From positions 4,246 to 68,245 of the IMG/VR virus record IMGVR_UViG_3300036768_001340: a stretch of DNA of 64,000 bases. The stretch is one strand, 5' to 3'. Made by a program: the position numbers and the translations under genes. Shown in pieces: positions 19,623 through 28,999 of this stretch (positions within the stretch are counted from its first letter, which is position 1; every line of letters begins with the position of its first letter). This DNA comes from a virus. Under the pieces are notes generated by a model. That model did not search any database. It saw nothing but the letters and a program-made list of their open reading frames with translations, and was not told the DNA's origin.

Positions 19623-20283
19623 TGTGGAACCTCTCCCTGAAGGCAGCGTACAACATCTTCAACCGATTCATGTTGAGGTTGACCTGCTTCGTGGTCAGAC
19701 CCGTCATCTCTTTGATATAGAGGAAGACCGCCTTCTTGTTAAAGATAGAGACCAGGTGAGGATTCTGCAAGAGGAAAACGATGGCGTCAAGCACCCGCCG
19801 CTCCTGGTCCTTCTTTAGGGACCCGCGCCACTTATCCATGTCACGGTGAAGCTCAACCCAAAACTCCCTCTCGATGACCTCGTCCTCATAAGATTGGAGA
19901 ACGATTGACGGATCGTTCTTGACCCGATCGTGATCGATGCCATAGAAGTTCTCAGACTGCTGTTTGAGCTTCTTATTCTTGTCTCTGATCTTCCAGATGA
20001 ACCAGTTCTTGACCACCACGTTGAAGTACGAGAATGCCTTCTTTCCCTTCGACGGATCGAACTTAGGAAGGGTCTCATATAGCGTGGCCAGGCACTCGTT
20101 CTTGAGCGTGTCCGGATCATCAATCTTATAGAAGCCGTACAGGTACATCTGACTCTCGATAAGCTTGAGCATCGCAGGGCGAATATGCTCCTCAAAGATC
20201 TTGTTTCGCTTATCGATGTCAGGCTCGCTGTGGTACTCAGCGATCTTTTCATCGACCTGCGGGCCGAAGTACATCGACATCAT
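19606..20283 (-). CDS. Phage sigma-factor-like protein
   Basis: LYETLPKFDPSKGKKAFSYFNVVVKNWF resembles sigma region 2.3-2.4; C-terminal HTH-like IKEMTGLTTKQV. Confidence 0.65.
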   Translation of the reverse strand: MMSMYFGPQVDEKIAEYHSEPDIDKRNKIFEEHIRPAMLKLIESQMYLYGFYKIDDPDTLKNECLATLYETLPKFDPSKGKKAFSYFNVVVKNWFIWKIRDKNKKLKQQSENFYGIDHDRVKNDPSIVLQSYEDEVIEREFWVELHRDMDKWRGSLKKDQERRVLDAIVFLLQNPHLVSIFNKKAVFLYIKEMTGLTTKQVNLNMNRLKMLYAAFRERFHSGEEG

Positions 20284-20591
20284 TCCACCTGTGGAGGAAG
20301 TCCTTGGGGCACTGGCTCCTTCGGCTGGACCTCCTTGATGGAGGCGATCGCGGCATCGATCCTCGCAAGCATCTGCATGTTGGCACGATGGAATGCAAGG
20401 ACCTCAGGATGGTCATGCAAAAGACCTTCGGCAGACGCAACCTTCCTCAGCTCTTCGGCGTAATCATTCATCGGATCGATGATCGACCTTAAGAGCTCAT
20501 CAAACTCAAAAAGACGAATCACCAGCCTCCAACAGATGAATGAGAGAGCACAAACTATCAGAAATAAGAGAACAGTGAAGACCCAGACCAT
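20280..20591 (-). CDS. Small membrane-anchored protein
   Basis: N-terminal hydrophobic helix followed by a coiled region. Confidence 0.6.
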   Translation of the reverse strand: MVWVFTVLLFLIVCALSFICWRLVIRLFEFDELLRSIIDPMNDYAEELRKVASAEGLLHDHPEVLAFHRANMQMLARIDAAIASIKEVQPKEPVPQGLPPQVE

Positions 20592-20592
20592 C

Positions 20593-20796
20593 TCAATCCG
20601 CCCCTGTCTTTGAGTAACCGTCTGAGGCCCAGCCTACTCCCTTTAGGACAAAGCTGGTCTTTGAGATGATCTGCTCCATCTCCTGCTGCCCGTCACATCC
20701 TGGCTCCATACACAGAGGTGCTGAGTCATCCTTAATTGAGCGCTGAAGTTCGATGACCTTTCGGCACTTGACGCACCGAAACTCGTAGGTCGGCAT
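20593..20796 (-). CDS. FmdB-family zinc-ribbon protein
   Basis: MPTYEFRCVKC...C...C...ISKTSFVLKGVGW. Confidence 0.85.
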   Translation of the reverse strand: MPTYEFRCVKCRKVIELQRSIKDDSAPLCMEPGCDGQQEMEQIISKTSFVLKGVGWASDGYSKTGAD

Positions 20797-20799
20797 GTC

Positions 20800-20976
20800 T
20801 TACTCCGAGGTCATAGTCCAGCCAGCATTCGATCCCGAAGACACTCCCAGTTTCCCTTGTGAGTTCTGCTCTAAATCGAGCTCTCGCAGAAGATCTGAAA
20901 TGTCCTTATTCTCCATCAGACCCTGGCGAAGGATCTCAATGATCCTGATCAGGGCATCGTCAGCGAGCTTCATCAT
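20800..20976 (-). CDS. Small hypothetical protein (58 aa)
   Basis: Hand-translated MMKLADDALIRIIEILRQGLMENKDISDLLRELDL...; GGAGG RBS; overlaps the upstream stop. Confidence 0.65.
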   Translation of the reverse strand: MMKLADDALIRIIEILRQGLMENKDISDLLRELDLEQNSQGKLGVSSGSNAGWTMTSE

Positions 20977-21896
20977 TCCTCCCTATCCAACAACCTCAAA
21001 GTCTCACTAAGGTCTGCCACCGCTGTCCTCGGTTGTGACACGACGGTTGCCGCAGCTGCGTTTGCAAACTGCATCGCTGTAAAGTAATCATCATTCTTCA
21101 AAAGCGAGGCAGCCAATCCAGCCATAAAGGTATCTCCACAACCGCAAACGTCTACGACAGAAACCCCATGGGCTTCGTCCTTAAGATTGTTGGTGACAGA
21201 GACCTTATCGTTCATCTCCTTATGCATCATCAGCTCAGCACCATCAGCACCAAGAGTGACAATGAATGCTTCAAAGTAACGCTCTGGGATAGCATCTCTC
21301 GCAACAACGTCGCTCCACTCCGAACGGTTCAGCTTGATCAGCTTCGTTCGTCTATCGCCGTCACGAAACATCGAGAGGTCAACCTTCTTGGTATCGACCA
21401 AGAGCCTATCACGGCAAGCAAGGAGCATATCCCAAGAAGCCTCGCTAAGGCTCCCATGGGCATAATCAGACACGATAATGAGATCTGGATCGTTCTCGGA
21501 AAGATAGTCCCTGATCTTATGCTCGATCAGCTCACGTATGTATGGACCGACATCGGAACGGTTATCCTTTCGGAGGACAAGTTGACCGTCGATGAGAATC
21601 CTTTCCTTGGTCAACATCCCATCGTTTCTCACGATATATTCCAGATCGAGCTTGTTCCAAGACCTCCTCTTCAGGAGGAACCCCATCTCGACGTCGATCT
21701 CGGCTATTAGAGACACCCGAACATCTGGAGCTAACGCCACCATGTTCAAGGCAACGTTAGCTGCCCCACCAGGGCGTAGATCCCTCGATTGGACGACAAC
21801 TGCCCTTGTCTCCGGGGCATCGGGACACATCTTCTTAAAGCTACAATCGCAGTAGACATCCGCGATCGCATCCCCAACTACCAAAACCTTCTTCAC
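20973..21896 (-). CDS. rfaE1: Heptose-7-phosphate kinase (HldE/RfaE N-terminal, PfkB family)
   Basis: VLVVGD..D.Y....CPDAP..PGGAANVA.N, TKERI..R.D, IIVSDY..G, VDVCGCGDTF.AG. Confidence 0.85.
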   Translation of the reverse strand: MKKVLVVGDAIADVYCDCSFKKMCPDAPETRAVVVQSRDLRPGGAANVALNMVALAPDVRVSLIAEIDVEMGFLLKRRSWNKLDLEYIVRNDGMLTKERILIDGQLVLRKDNRSDVGPYIRELIEHKIRDYLSENDPDLIIVSDYAHGSLSEASWDMLLACRDRLLVDTKKVDLSMFRDGDRRTKLIKLNRSEWSDVVARDAIPERYFEAFIVTLGADGAELMMHKEMNDKVSVTNNLKDEAHGVSVVDVCGCGDTFMAGLAASLLKNDDYFTAMQFANAAAATVVSQPRTAVADLSETLRLLDREE

Positions 21897-22417
21897 CTAG
21901 TATCGCCCAAGATCCCTGAGGTCGACCAGTCATCCAACATCGGAACGGTGATCACCTCGCTGTCCTTCCATCTTACCACAGACTCCTTCTGGTACTCACT
22001 GCCCTTCAAGACGACAGCTGGTTTAAGAAGATCCATGAGCCTCTGCGGGGTATCCTCATCGAAGACGACGACAGTCAACGGCCACTTAAGGTTGTTGATC
22101 AGGGTAGCCCGAACGTTATGAGGCCAGACAGGCCGGCCGGGTCCCTTCAGACATCTCACAGACCTATCTGAGTTAATCGCAACGATAGGCCGTAGCCTAA
22201 GTCTATAGGCATAGGTGTCAAGCCAACCTAGCAGACTAAGATGGCCCGGATGTAAACCATCGAAGCAACCGTTCGCGATGATGGTACGACCAACAGGGAT
22301 CACATCACGACGACCCTTGACATAGACCTGTGTGCCATCATAGCTAAGTTTCAGGTCATCTAAACAGGCGGTAAAACGTTCTCCAATCACACCGACGCAG
22401 GTCTGCGTGTCAATCAT
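21893..22417 (-). CDS. rfaE2: Heptose-1-phosphate nucleotidyltransferase (HldE/RfaE C-terminal)
   Basis: NGCFDGLHPGH, AINSDRSVRCLKGPGRPV, FDEDTP..L.P.VVLKGSEY, STSGI. Start at 22417 chosen over the track start. Confidence 0.85.
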   Translation of the reverse strand: MIDTQTCVGVIGERFTACLDDLKLSYDGTQVYVKGRRDVIPVGRTIIANGCFDGLHPGHLSLLGWLDTYAYRLRLRPIVAINSDRSVRCLKGPGRPVWPHNVRATLINNLKWPLTVVVFDEDTPQRLMDLLKPAVVLKGSEYQKESVVRWKDSEVITVPMLDDWSTSGILGDTR

Positions 22418-23399
22418 CAGATACCGCCCGACCCTTCTGAGCCTCCCAATCACGATCATCTCTGATCTCAAGGTTCCTCAGGTGAAGCTGATGGAAGAGA
22501 CTCGACTTTCCAACAGCCGTCCCAAGCTGATTTGAGATGAATGCGAGGCTCTGTGTATCCTTCACGAAGCAATGTCCACCGTATCCAAGGTGTCCGTCGG
22601 GGCCCGGAACGTTCATGTGACTGAGGCCGATCCGACGGTCGAGCTGGGTCATAATCTTGACCTTCTCGTAATCGATGCCCATCTTCTGACAGATCAAGTA
22701 CAATTCGTTAGAGATCATCACCCTGGCTGTCAGATGGACGTTAGTCGACAGCTTCACCATCTCAGCCTCCTCTGGCTCACACTGGATGATCTGGACGATA
22801 CCGTCAGGGTGCTCTGGATCGAAGTTTGGGCCATCGATACGGGTCGGCCAGACTCCCTCGAAGTACTTGAAAACCACCCGTGCATCCTCGAGATCACCGC
22901 CAAGAAGAACCCGATTAGTTGTCTTAAAATCATTGACGGCATTCGCCTCGGTCAGGAACTCCGGAGAGAAGAGGATACGAAGAGCGTACCTATCCTGCAT
23001 CCTCCTAGTAAACCCGGGAGGAACCGTGCTCTTGATCACAACGATGAAATCCTCGACGTCTCTCTTTGCCCTCAAGGCGGCGCTCTGGATATCTTGGACA
23101 ACTGACTCAACGATACGAGTGTCACATTCGCCTGACTGTCTCATCGGAGTCGGAACAGCTACAAAGATGATCTCAGAGACCTTTACAACCGAATCGATGT
23201 CATTGCAAAGAGTTACTCGAGGAAACTTTTCACGACCTTCGTACCCATTCTCAGCGAGGAACTTGTCATAGACTATGACGCTGCAGAACGGTCGAAAGAG
23301 CTCTACAACAGCATTTCCAATGAACCCGTACCCAACCTGGCCAACAGTCGCCTGCGACATCTCAAACGTACGGATGAAATCAGGATCGTTAATATTCAC
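22410..23399 (-). CDS. ugd: UDP-glucose/GDP-mannose 6-dehydrogenase family (lacks C-terminal domain)
   Basis: GYGFIG, FVAVPTP, VIKSTVPPG, FSPEFL.E, AEMVKL..N, GYGGHCFVKD. Confidence 0.85.
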   Translation of the reverse strand: MNINDPDFIRTFEMSQATVGQVGYGFIGNAVVELFRPFCSVIVYDKFLAENGYEGREKFPRVTLCNDIDSVVKVSEIIFVAVPTPMRQSGECDTRIVESVVQDIQSAALRAKRDVEDFIVVIKSTVPPGFTRRMQDRYALRILFSPEFLTEANAVNDFKTTNRVLLGGDLEDARVVFKYFEGVWPTRIDGPNFDPEHPDGIVQIIQCEPEEAEMVKLSTNVHLTARVMISNELYLICQKMGIDYEKVKIMTQLDRRIGLSHMNVPGPDGHLGYGGHCFVKDTQSLAFISNQLGTAVGKSSLFHQLHLRNLEIRDDRDWEAQKGRAVSDD

Positions 23400-24466
23400 G
23401 AAAGACCCTTCGAGAAGAAGTTAAAGAATCGCTTGGCCTGAACGGCCCAGTTCTCACCCAATGCGTAGGTACGTGCGTTCCGACCGATCTCTTGCCACGA
23501 CCCATCCTTCACACGTGAGATGATAATGTCAGGCCAAAGATCGGGAGTCTCCACGATTCCAGTCAGACCGTTCTCTATCAACATCGACGGTGTGCCCATA
23601 TGTGGCGGATAAAGTACCATCGAGCCGGCGGCCATTGCCTGACGATGGCATCGAGAGGATGGCTCAGGAAATGTGGATGAGTACGGAAGAATCGCTGACT
23701 CGTTAAACAAGCTCCAGAGCTGTGCACTGTTACGGACAGAGGGGAGGTGCCTCACTCCAGGATGCTTAAGGAAGTGCTGGAACCGTACAACCACATCTGG
23801 CTTGACATAGTCAGGATAAGTGACCGTCAATCGAAACCTTCGATCTTTGTTCCAAAGTCTAAGAAAAGGATTGATCAACGCATCGAGTCCACGTCCTGGA
23901 TCCGATGCCCAGAGGAGTGAGTACGGATCCTTGTTACCTGGATAGTACGTGTCCGTGTCGACCCCAAGGGTCATCCCTTCATACAGACGAGATGCTGGAA
24001 CTAACCCATCGAGCTCCCTAGCAGTGTTTTCCTTATGCCAGGAAGGGAACACCAAGATTCCGTCAAGACGACCAGACTTGAATGCACTTCCGACATTTCG
24101 CTTCCAATCATCAGAGTATGAATGGTCCTGCGAGAGGATGACGTTTCGAGCTCCTGGAACGTACAGGTCGTCAAACCACTTCCTCCAATGTACGACGACA
24201 TCATACGGCTGATGGTTTTCCTTGAAGAACGGATCAAGAAACTGCCCTTCAGTGAGTGTCGAGATGGTCCCTCCGCCTTCACTCTGAAAGTTCTTGGAAA
24301 ACTCAACTGGCTCCGTGGTGGTGAGGTGGACCCTCACATCTGCATATCTGGCGTAGTACCAGGGAAGCTCCAGATGATAGCGGACGAAGGTCTCCCAGTA
24401 GCCAGTTGGGAGACTCGACGGATCCCTTCGCATGCCCACGAACGCAACATAAAGCGATCTTGCCAC
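23396..24466 (-). CDS. Glycosyltransferase, GT-B (GT4-like)
   Basis: GVD..Y.P, LLWASDPGRGLD, YSSTFPEPSS..QAMAAG. Confidence 0.8.
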   Translation of the reverse strand: MARSLYVAFVGMRRDPSSLPTGYWETFVRYHLELPWYYARYADVRVHLTTTEPVEFSKNFQSEGGGTISTLTEGQFLDPFFKENHQPYDVVVHWRKWFDDLYVPGARNVILSQDHSYSDDWKRNVGSAFKSGRLDGILVFPSWHKENTARELDGLVPASRLYEGMTLGVDTDTYYPGNKDPYSLLWASDPGRGLDALINPFLRLWNKDRRFRLTVTYPDYVKPDVVVRFQHFLKHPGVRHLPSVRNSAQLWSLFNESAILPYSSTFPEPSSRCHRQAMAAGSMVLYPPHMGTPSMLIENGLTGIVETPDLWPDIIISRVKDGSWQEIGRNARTYALGENWAVQAKRFFNFFSKGLS

Positions 24467-24499
24467 TTATAACTTCTCCAGGTATTCGATAGACAGCTC

Positions 24500-25099
24500 T
24501 CAAACCGAGGTACGCCAGATGTCACCTTTTCGGAATCGCATCTTGAAGTTCCAATTGGGCGCCTGCTGTTCCTGATCTTCGTCAGAAAGAAGTTCGAGGC
24601 CGACTGACGCAGCCTTTTCGGTCAACATTTGCTTCGTAAAGCAAGTGTGATGCCAATTTCCAGGATAATTCTGCCCTCCAAAAAGTCGCATCATCGCTGC
24701 CTCTCGAATGTCACTCAGGGTCTGTCCACACCCTTGACATGATCCATCTTGGGTAGCGGTATTTAACCAACACCCACATCGATTGCACTGAAACGGAAGA
24801 TACTGCGTCGTTGTGTCTCCAACGAAGACTGACGCGAGGATCTCCATATCCGGGACTTGGATGACCACCGTACCATCCGATCTAAGCACCCGATAACACT
24901 CCAAGAGGATCAACTTCGTCTGAGCGTACGGAAAGTGCTCCAGGAGGTCTAACATGAGAATCTCGTCCGCAGACTGGTCCTCGAACGGCCATGGAAACTT
25001 CGATAGGTCCACAATGACCACGCGAGGATCGATCTGCCTAAAATCGACGTTGACGTATCCTTCGCGGATATCATTTCCGCAGCCAAGGTTTAACCTCAT
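24500..25099 (-). CDS. Class I SAM-dependent methyltransferase (type 11-like) with CxxC-CxxC insert
   Basis: RLNLGCG..GYVNVD, WPFEDQSADEI..LLEH..ECYRVL..G. Confidence 0.85.
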   Translation of the reverse strand: MRLNLGCGNDIREGYVNVDFRQIDPRVVIVDLSKFPWPFEDQSADEILMLDLLEHFPYAQTKLILLECYRVLRSDGTVVIQVPDMEILASVFVGDTTTQYLPFQCNRCGCWLNTATQDGSCQGCGQTLSDIREAAMMRLFGGQNYPGNWHHTCFTKQMLTEKAASVGLELLSDEDQEQQAPNWNFKMRFRKGDIWRTSV

Positions 25100-26004
25100 G
25101 CATTCCTCTCGATGAAGTCAACAAGCTGCCTGGCACGATCGACCGGCATATGACCCTGCAAGATATCATTATAGAGGTTCTCGCCGGCCGACTGATAGTA
25201 TGGGATCCCATCAACCTTCGATGTCACGACCTCAACCAGGCGATCGACAAAGTCCTCACCGGCAAACTGACAGAATGTTGGCCTCGGGATGGACGGATCC
25301 CAACTAAGAAGCTTGTTGGAGAGCAGGCATGTCTTGGTCAGACCGACCTCGAAGTGTCTACACTGCAGCCCAAAACCCGTTCCAAACGGTTGCCCGACGT
25401 CTGTGGCATGGTTGAGGACCACCTTCGAACGACGATAGATGTCCACCACATGCGGGATGTCTTGACTGACCTCGAAATGGGTCTTCCAACCAAACTCCTG
25501 GGCCACAATCTTAGCCTGGTTGATCATCCGCAAACGACTGGCATGGGCTGTCGGGCTTCCGATACTCCCTATGAAGGACACGTCGATGTCCCTCTCGATC
25601 GGAGAGGGACTTGGACTGTAGAGATCTGGATCTGCCGTAAGCAAAAGGGTCTCAGCGGCCCGATATCCAAGAGACCGAGCCACTGTCGCGCCGTGATCAT
25701 CAAAGCTGAGGAAGAGGTCCGCGTACCTCCTCATCTTCAAGATCATCTCTCGAATGTGAGGAAACCTCGCATCGTCAGGCTGGTAAACCACGATCGGATG
25801 ATCCAGCCGTCTCAGCATGATGTCTTCATTGCCGACACAGCTCTTGAAGACCACCGTCACGTCGGCCTCATTTGGACAGTCGGTCGTCACGTTCGGATCA
25901 ACCTCATTCACCTCATGGCCAGCCTCCCTGAGGCCCTTGGCAAAGGCGATCTCAGTACCAAACGGGGCGTTAACCACAAACGGGCCAATCAGGTTGAGCT
26001 TCAT
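25096..26004 (-). CDS. Glycosyltransferase (Glyco_trans_1_2/CgeB-like)
   Basis: DIDVSFIGS..R, IYRRSKVVLN..RHFEV...CLLS. Confidence 0.8.
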   Translation of the reverse strand: MKLNLIGPFVVNAPFGTEIAFAKGLREAGHEVNEVDPNVTTDCPNEADVTVVFKSCVGNEDIMLRRLDHPIVVYQPDDARFPHIREMILKMRRYADLFLSFDDHGATVARSLGYRAAETLLLTADPDLYSPSPSPIERDIDVSFIGSIGSPTAHASRLRMINQAKIVAQEFGWKTHFEVSQDIPHVVDIYRRSKVVLNHATDVGQPFGTGFGLQCRHFEVGLTKTCLLSNKLLSWDPSIPRPTFCQFAGEDFVDRLVEVVTSKVDGIPYYQSAGENLYNDILQGHMPVDRARQLVDFIERNA

Positions 26005-26468
26005 CCTGGTTTCCCAAGCCTGATGCTGTCCTCATCCCTGTGCTCGGTACTAAACTCGAACAAAGCATTGAAATCTCCGACACCGTGGATCGAGTGTGGA
26101 AGCATCGGCGGAATCACAATTGAGTCGCCCTGAGTAAGATTCCGGCTGACAACTTCACCTGATCCATCGATGAAGTCGATGCGGAACTGCCCCTCGACGC
26201 AAAACATAGTCTCATGTTTGATTCCATGGAAGTGCATCGAGGTATGGTGACCCTTCTTCACCTCAAGGATCTTTCCACAATAATACGGCAGGTTGATGAT
26301 CCAGACCTCTCGACCCCAGACCTTCTGGACGACCTTATAGTCATAGTCGTCCCTAACCCGTGGGACATTGAAGTTAATCTCAGCCCTGTCTAAGGGGGTG
26401 GAACTCCACTCTTTTGAGTCATTCTTGAGGTCTTTGATAACCTCATCTTCGTCAGCAGTCCACGCCAT
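26001..26468 (-). CDS. Cupin-fold sugar isomerase-like protein
   Basis: KVWGREVWI.N..YCGKIL....TSMHFH..KHETM..G....PH. Confidence 0.8.
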   Translation of the reverse strand: MAWTADEDEVIKDLKNDSKEWSSTPLDRAEINFNVPRVRDDYDYKVVQKVWGREVWIINLPYYCGKILEVKKGHHTSMHFHGIKHETMFCVEGQFRIDFIDGSGEVVSRNLTQGDSIVIPPMLPHSIHGVGDFNALFEFSTEHRDEDSIRLGKPG

Positions 26469-27372
26469 ATGCGCTCCTTATCCCCTGACTAGTTCCGATC
26501 TTACCACCGATATTCTCTACGCCGTTCTTCCCAGCACATGTGTAGAACTGGTACCTGCCCTCCAAGTGCGAGGGCATTGAGACGATCTCGATCGGACTAC
26601 GCCCGGTATACTTCTTAGCCGAGGCAATCTCATCCACAAGGTCCTCAAAGCTCATCGGAGCACCAGTCCCAACATCATAGACCACACGCCAACTGTGTCC
26701 AGTCCCAGGTAGCTTCTGAACGAGATCGCATACGACCATCGAGACAGCAGTGCACGGGATAAAGTCCCTCTGGGCCAAAGGACTGTGCAACTCGAACTTC
26801 GAGCCCTTCTCGAATGCCTGGGCGATCTTCCATGGCACCGAAGCCATGGTACCCTTATGATGCTCATTCCTACCAAAGACGTTGAATAGACGAAGGGAGA
26901 CCGTGCTGATCCCCTCTGCACGAAGCATCATCTGCTCACCGAGAGCTTTCGACAACCCATATGGATTGTTCGGCCTGCGGTCGTTTCCGTAGACAGCCGC
27001 GCTGGACATGAAAATGATGTCCGAGCCATCATCCGACGCATTCTTGACGAGACGCTGGGTGAACTGGACGTTTCGACAGAAAAGGTCATCGCTTCCTAGG
27101 TCCATCGTGTCAACGACGGCTCCGGCGTGAACGATGATCTCAGGCTTGACTGCCTTCTGTTCATCGAGGACAAAATCAAACGGGTCGATAAGCCCAGCTA
27201 CTCGAGGCAAGATCCGATATAACTCATCCATAATAGGCAGACGAGCCCTCTCATACCGAGAAATCAGGTCCTTCCAGAAGTCAACCACGTACACATCGTG
27301 ACCCTGATTAACCAGATCATCAACAATCTGTGATCCTATGAATCCCATCCCACCGGTGACCGCAATCCTCAT
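26452..27372 (-). CDS. hldD: ADP-L-glycero-D-manno-heptose 6-epimerase-like
   Basis: VTGGMGFIGS, SSAAVYG, PYGLSK, RLFNVFGRNEHHKGTMASV, RYQFYTCA. Confidence 0.8.
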   Translation of the reverse strand: MRIAVTGGMGFIGSQIVDDLVNQGHDVYVVDFWKDLISRYERARLPIMDELYRILPRVAGLIDPFDFVLDEQKAVKPEIIVHAGAVVDTMDLGSDDLFCRNVQFTQRLVKNASDDGSDIIFMSSAAVYGNDRRPNNPYGLSKALGEQMMLRAEGISTVSLRLFNVFGRNEHHKGTMASVPWKIAQAFEKGSKFELHSPLAQRDFIPCTAVSMVVCDLVQKLPGTGHSWRVVYDVGTGAPMSFEDLVDEIASAKKYTGRSPIEIVSMPSHLEGRYQFYTCAGKNGVENIGGKIGTSQGIRSAYGVDC

Positions 27373-28277
27373 CCCTTACCCCAAACGAAATCGACAAATT
27401 GTTCAGCGATATGCTCCACTGACGGAGAATCCTTGTCGAACGCTATGCTCAAAGATCTATCACAGAATGGAGGGTTCTTAATGGTGAGGCCAGGATAGGC
27501 AAAGAGACCACAGGTTGGCATACCTGTCGAAGCCGCCACGTGCATCATCCCAGTGTCATTTCCGATGTATGCTGCGCATCCCGTGAGCTCTCGAAATGAA
27601 ACTTTTAGATCTGCTATTGGCGGAAAACGATATGGACTATCATTCCCAAGAGCCTTGATGATCTGATATCCAACCTGAACTAGGTCCATCGGACCTCCGG
27701 TAGAGAGGAACTTCGTTCCAGGCCGAAGCCTATGGACCTCCCTGATCAGCTTCGCGTATCGCTCATTCCCAAAATGCTTTGATGAACCGAATCCGCCTGG
27801 ATCCCGCTTGTATCCGACCCCGACATAGACAAGGTTGGGATCCTGCGCTGCAGCTGGAAGGAAGCAAGCGCTGGGAGTAGGGCCATCGTAACCAAGCTCT
27901 CGAGCATTCTCCATCTGATACTCGACCTCATGTTTCTTCCACATGTCAAAGCCGAGACGCTCTACGTTTCCAGGCCTTTTCCTCTCATCGAGAACTCTTT
28001 TGGCTTCATAGTGCTGACCGTTCTTCCACCTGCCGTCGAATGGAATGGCCATGATAGCTACATCGTAGCCTTTTCGATGACCAGGTGGGACCTGATCGAC
28101 CCAGATCTCATTGATGATGGTACCCCGAAGGTACGAGAAAACGACAGCCGCTCCAAAGTCATCCGGAGTAGATCCGATGAGAAGATCGACATCTCCCAAC
28201 GTAGAGAGAGCCTTGATCATAGGAATCGCAAGGACTGCATTCCCAATCCCAAAGGTCTTTCCGACGAGGATCTTCAA
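27369..28277 (-). CDS. GT9 (heptosyltransferase-like) glycosyltransferase
   Basis: GIGNAVLAIPMIKAL, HEVEYQM, K.F...RY, YIGNDTGMMHVAASTG.P...LF. Confidence 0.85.
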   Translation of the reverse strand: MKILVGKTFGIGNAVLAIPMIKALSTLGDVDLLIGSTPDDFGAAVVFSYLRGTIINEIWVDQVPPGHRKGYDVAIMAIPFDGRWKNGQHYEAKRVLDERKRPGNVERLGFDMWKKHEVEYQMENARELGYDGPTPSACFLPAAAQDPNLVYVGVGYKRDPGGFGSSKHFGNERYAKLIREVHRLRPGTKFLSTGGPMDLVQVGYQIIKALGNDSPYRFPPIADLKVSFRELTGCAAYIGNDTGMMHVAASTGMPTCGLFAYPGLTIKNPPFCDRSLSIAFDKDSPSVEHIAEQFVDFVWGKG

Positions 28278-28999
28278 GGCTTCCTGCAGCTAAAGATCAG
28301 ATCTGGATACGACAGTTGGAGGTTGCCGACCCTTGACAGTTGGGTCCAGATCGGCGGCGGAGGCACTGGAGTGAGACCTCGGGTGTGCATCCGATGGTCC
28401 TCGAAGCGACCAAAGATCCTCTTCATGTCCTGAAGGTTGTAGAAGGCCACGTGTCCACCGTGATACACCTCAGAATCACCAGAGGTATGTGGGAACACGC
28501 CGTCAACCACTAGGCTGTGCAGATGCTTCCAAAACTGGATGTTAGGAGTGTTGATGAGGACCTTACCGCCAGACCTAAGGACTCGAAAACACTCTGCGGC
28601 AAACTTCTCCGGATTGATGATGTGCTCGATGAAATCGAGCGCCACGACCAGATCGACCTCCTCCTGCCCGATCGTATTGCCGCTCAGATCGGAGAACCCG
28701 CTGCTGTCAACGTTGGTGCAGATAAACCTGTTCCCCTTGGCCTCAGCAGGACCCTTACAATCCTTTGCGATGTCGATCGTCCAGCGAACCTGGAAGTGAT
28801 CTCTTAGAGCATATCCGAGATTTCCAGTGGCGCCTCCGACATCCAACAATGACCCAGAACGTGGAAAATCCTCATTAAGGATGAGGTCCACGGCACGATC
28901 GATCCTCCCATTTCCGCCGCCGTACGGACCGACATTCGCCGACTCGTTCTTGCGAGCGGAGATGTCGTCGTAGAGCTTGACAAAAGGATCAGACCCCAT
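28274..28999 (-). CDS. Class I SAM-dependent methyltransferase
   Basis: LLDVGGATG, DLVVALDFIEHI..P..ECFRVLRSGG..INTPN. Confidence 0.85.
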   Translation of the reverse strand: MGSDPFVKLYDDISARKNESANVGPYGGGNGRIDRAVDLILNEDFPRSGSLLDVGGATGNLGYALRDHFQVRWTIDIAKDCKGPAEAKGNRFICTNVDSSGFSDLSGNTIGQEEVDLVVALDFIEHIINPEKFAAECFRVLRSGGKVLINTPNIQFWKHLHSLVVDGVFPHTSGDSEVYHGGHVAFYNLQDMKRIFGRFEDHRMHTRGLTPVPPPPIWTQLSRVGNLQLSYPDLIFSCRKP

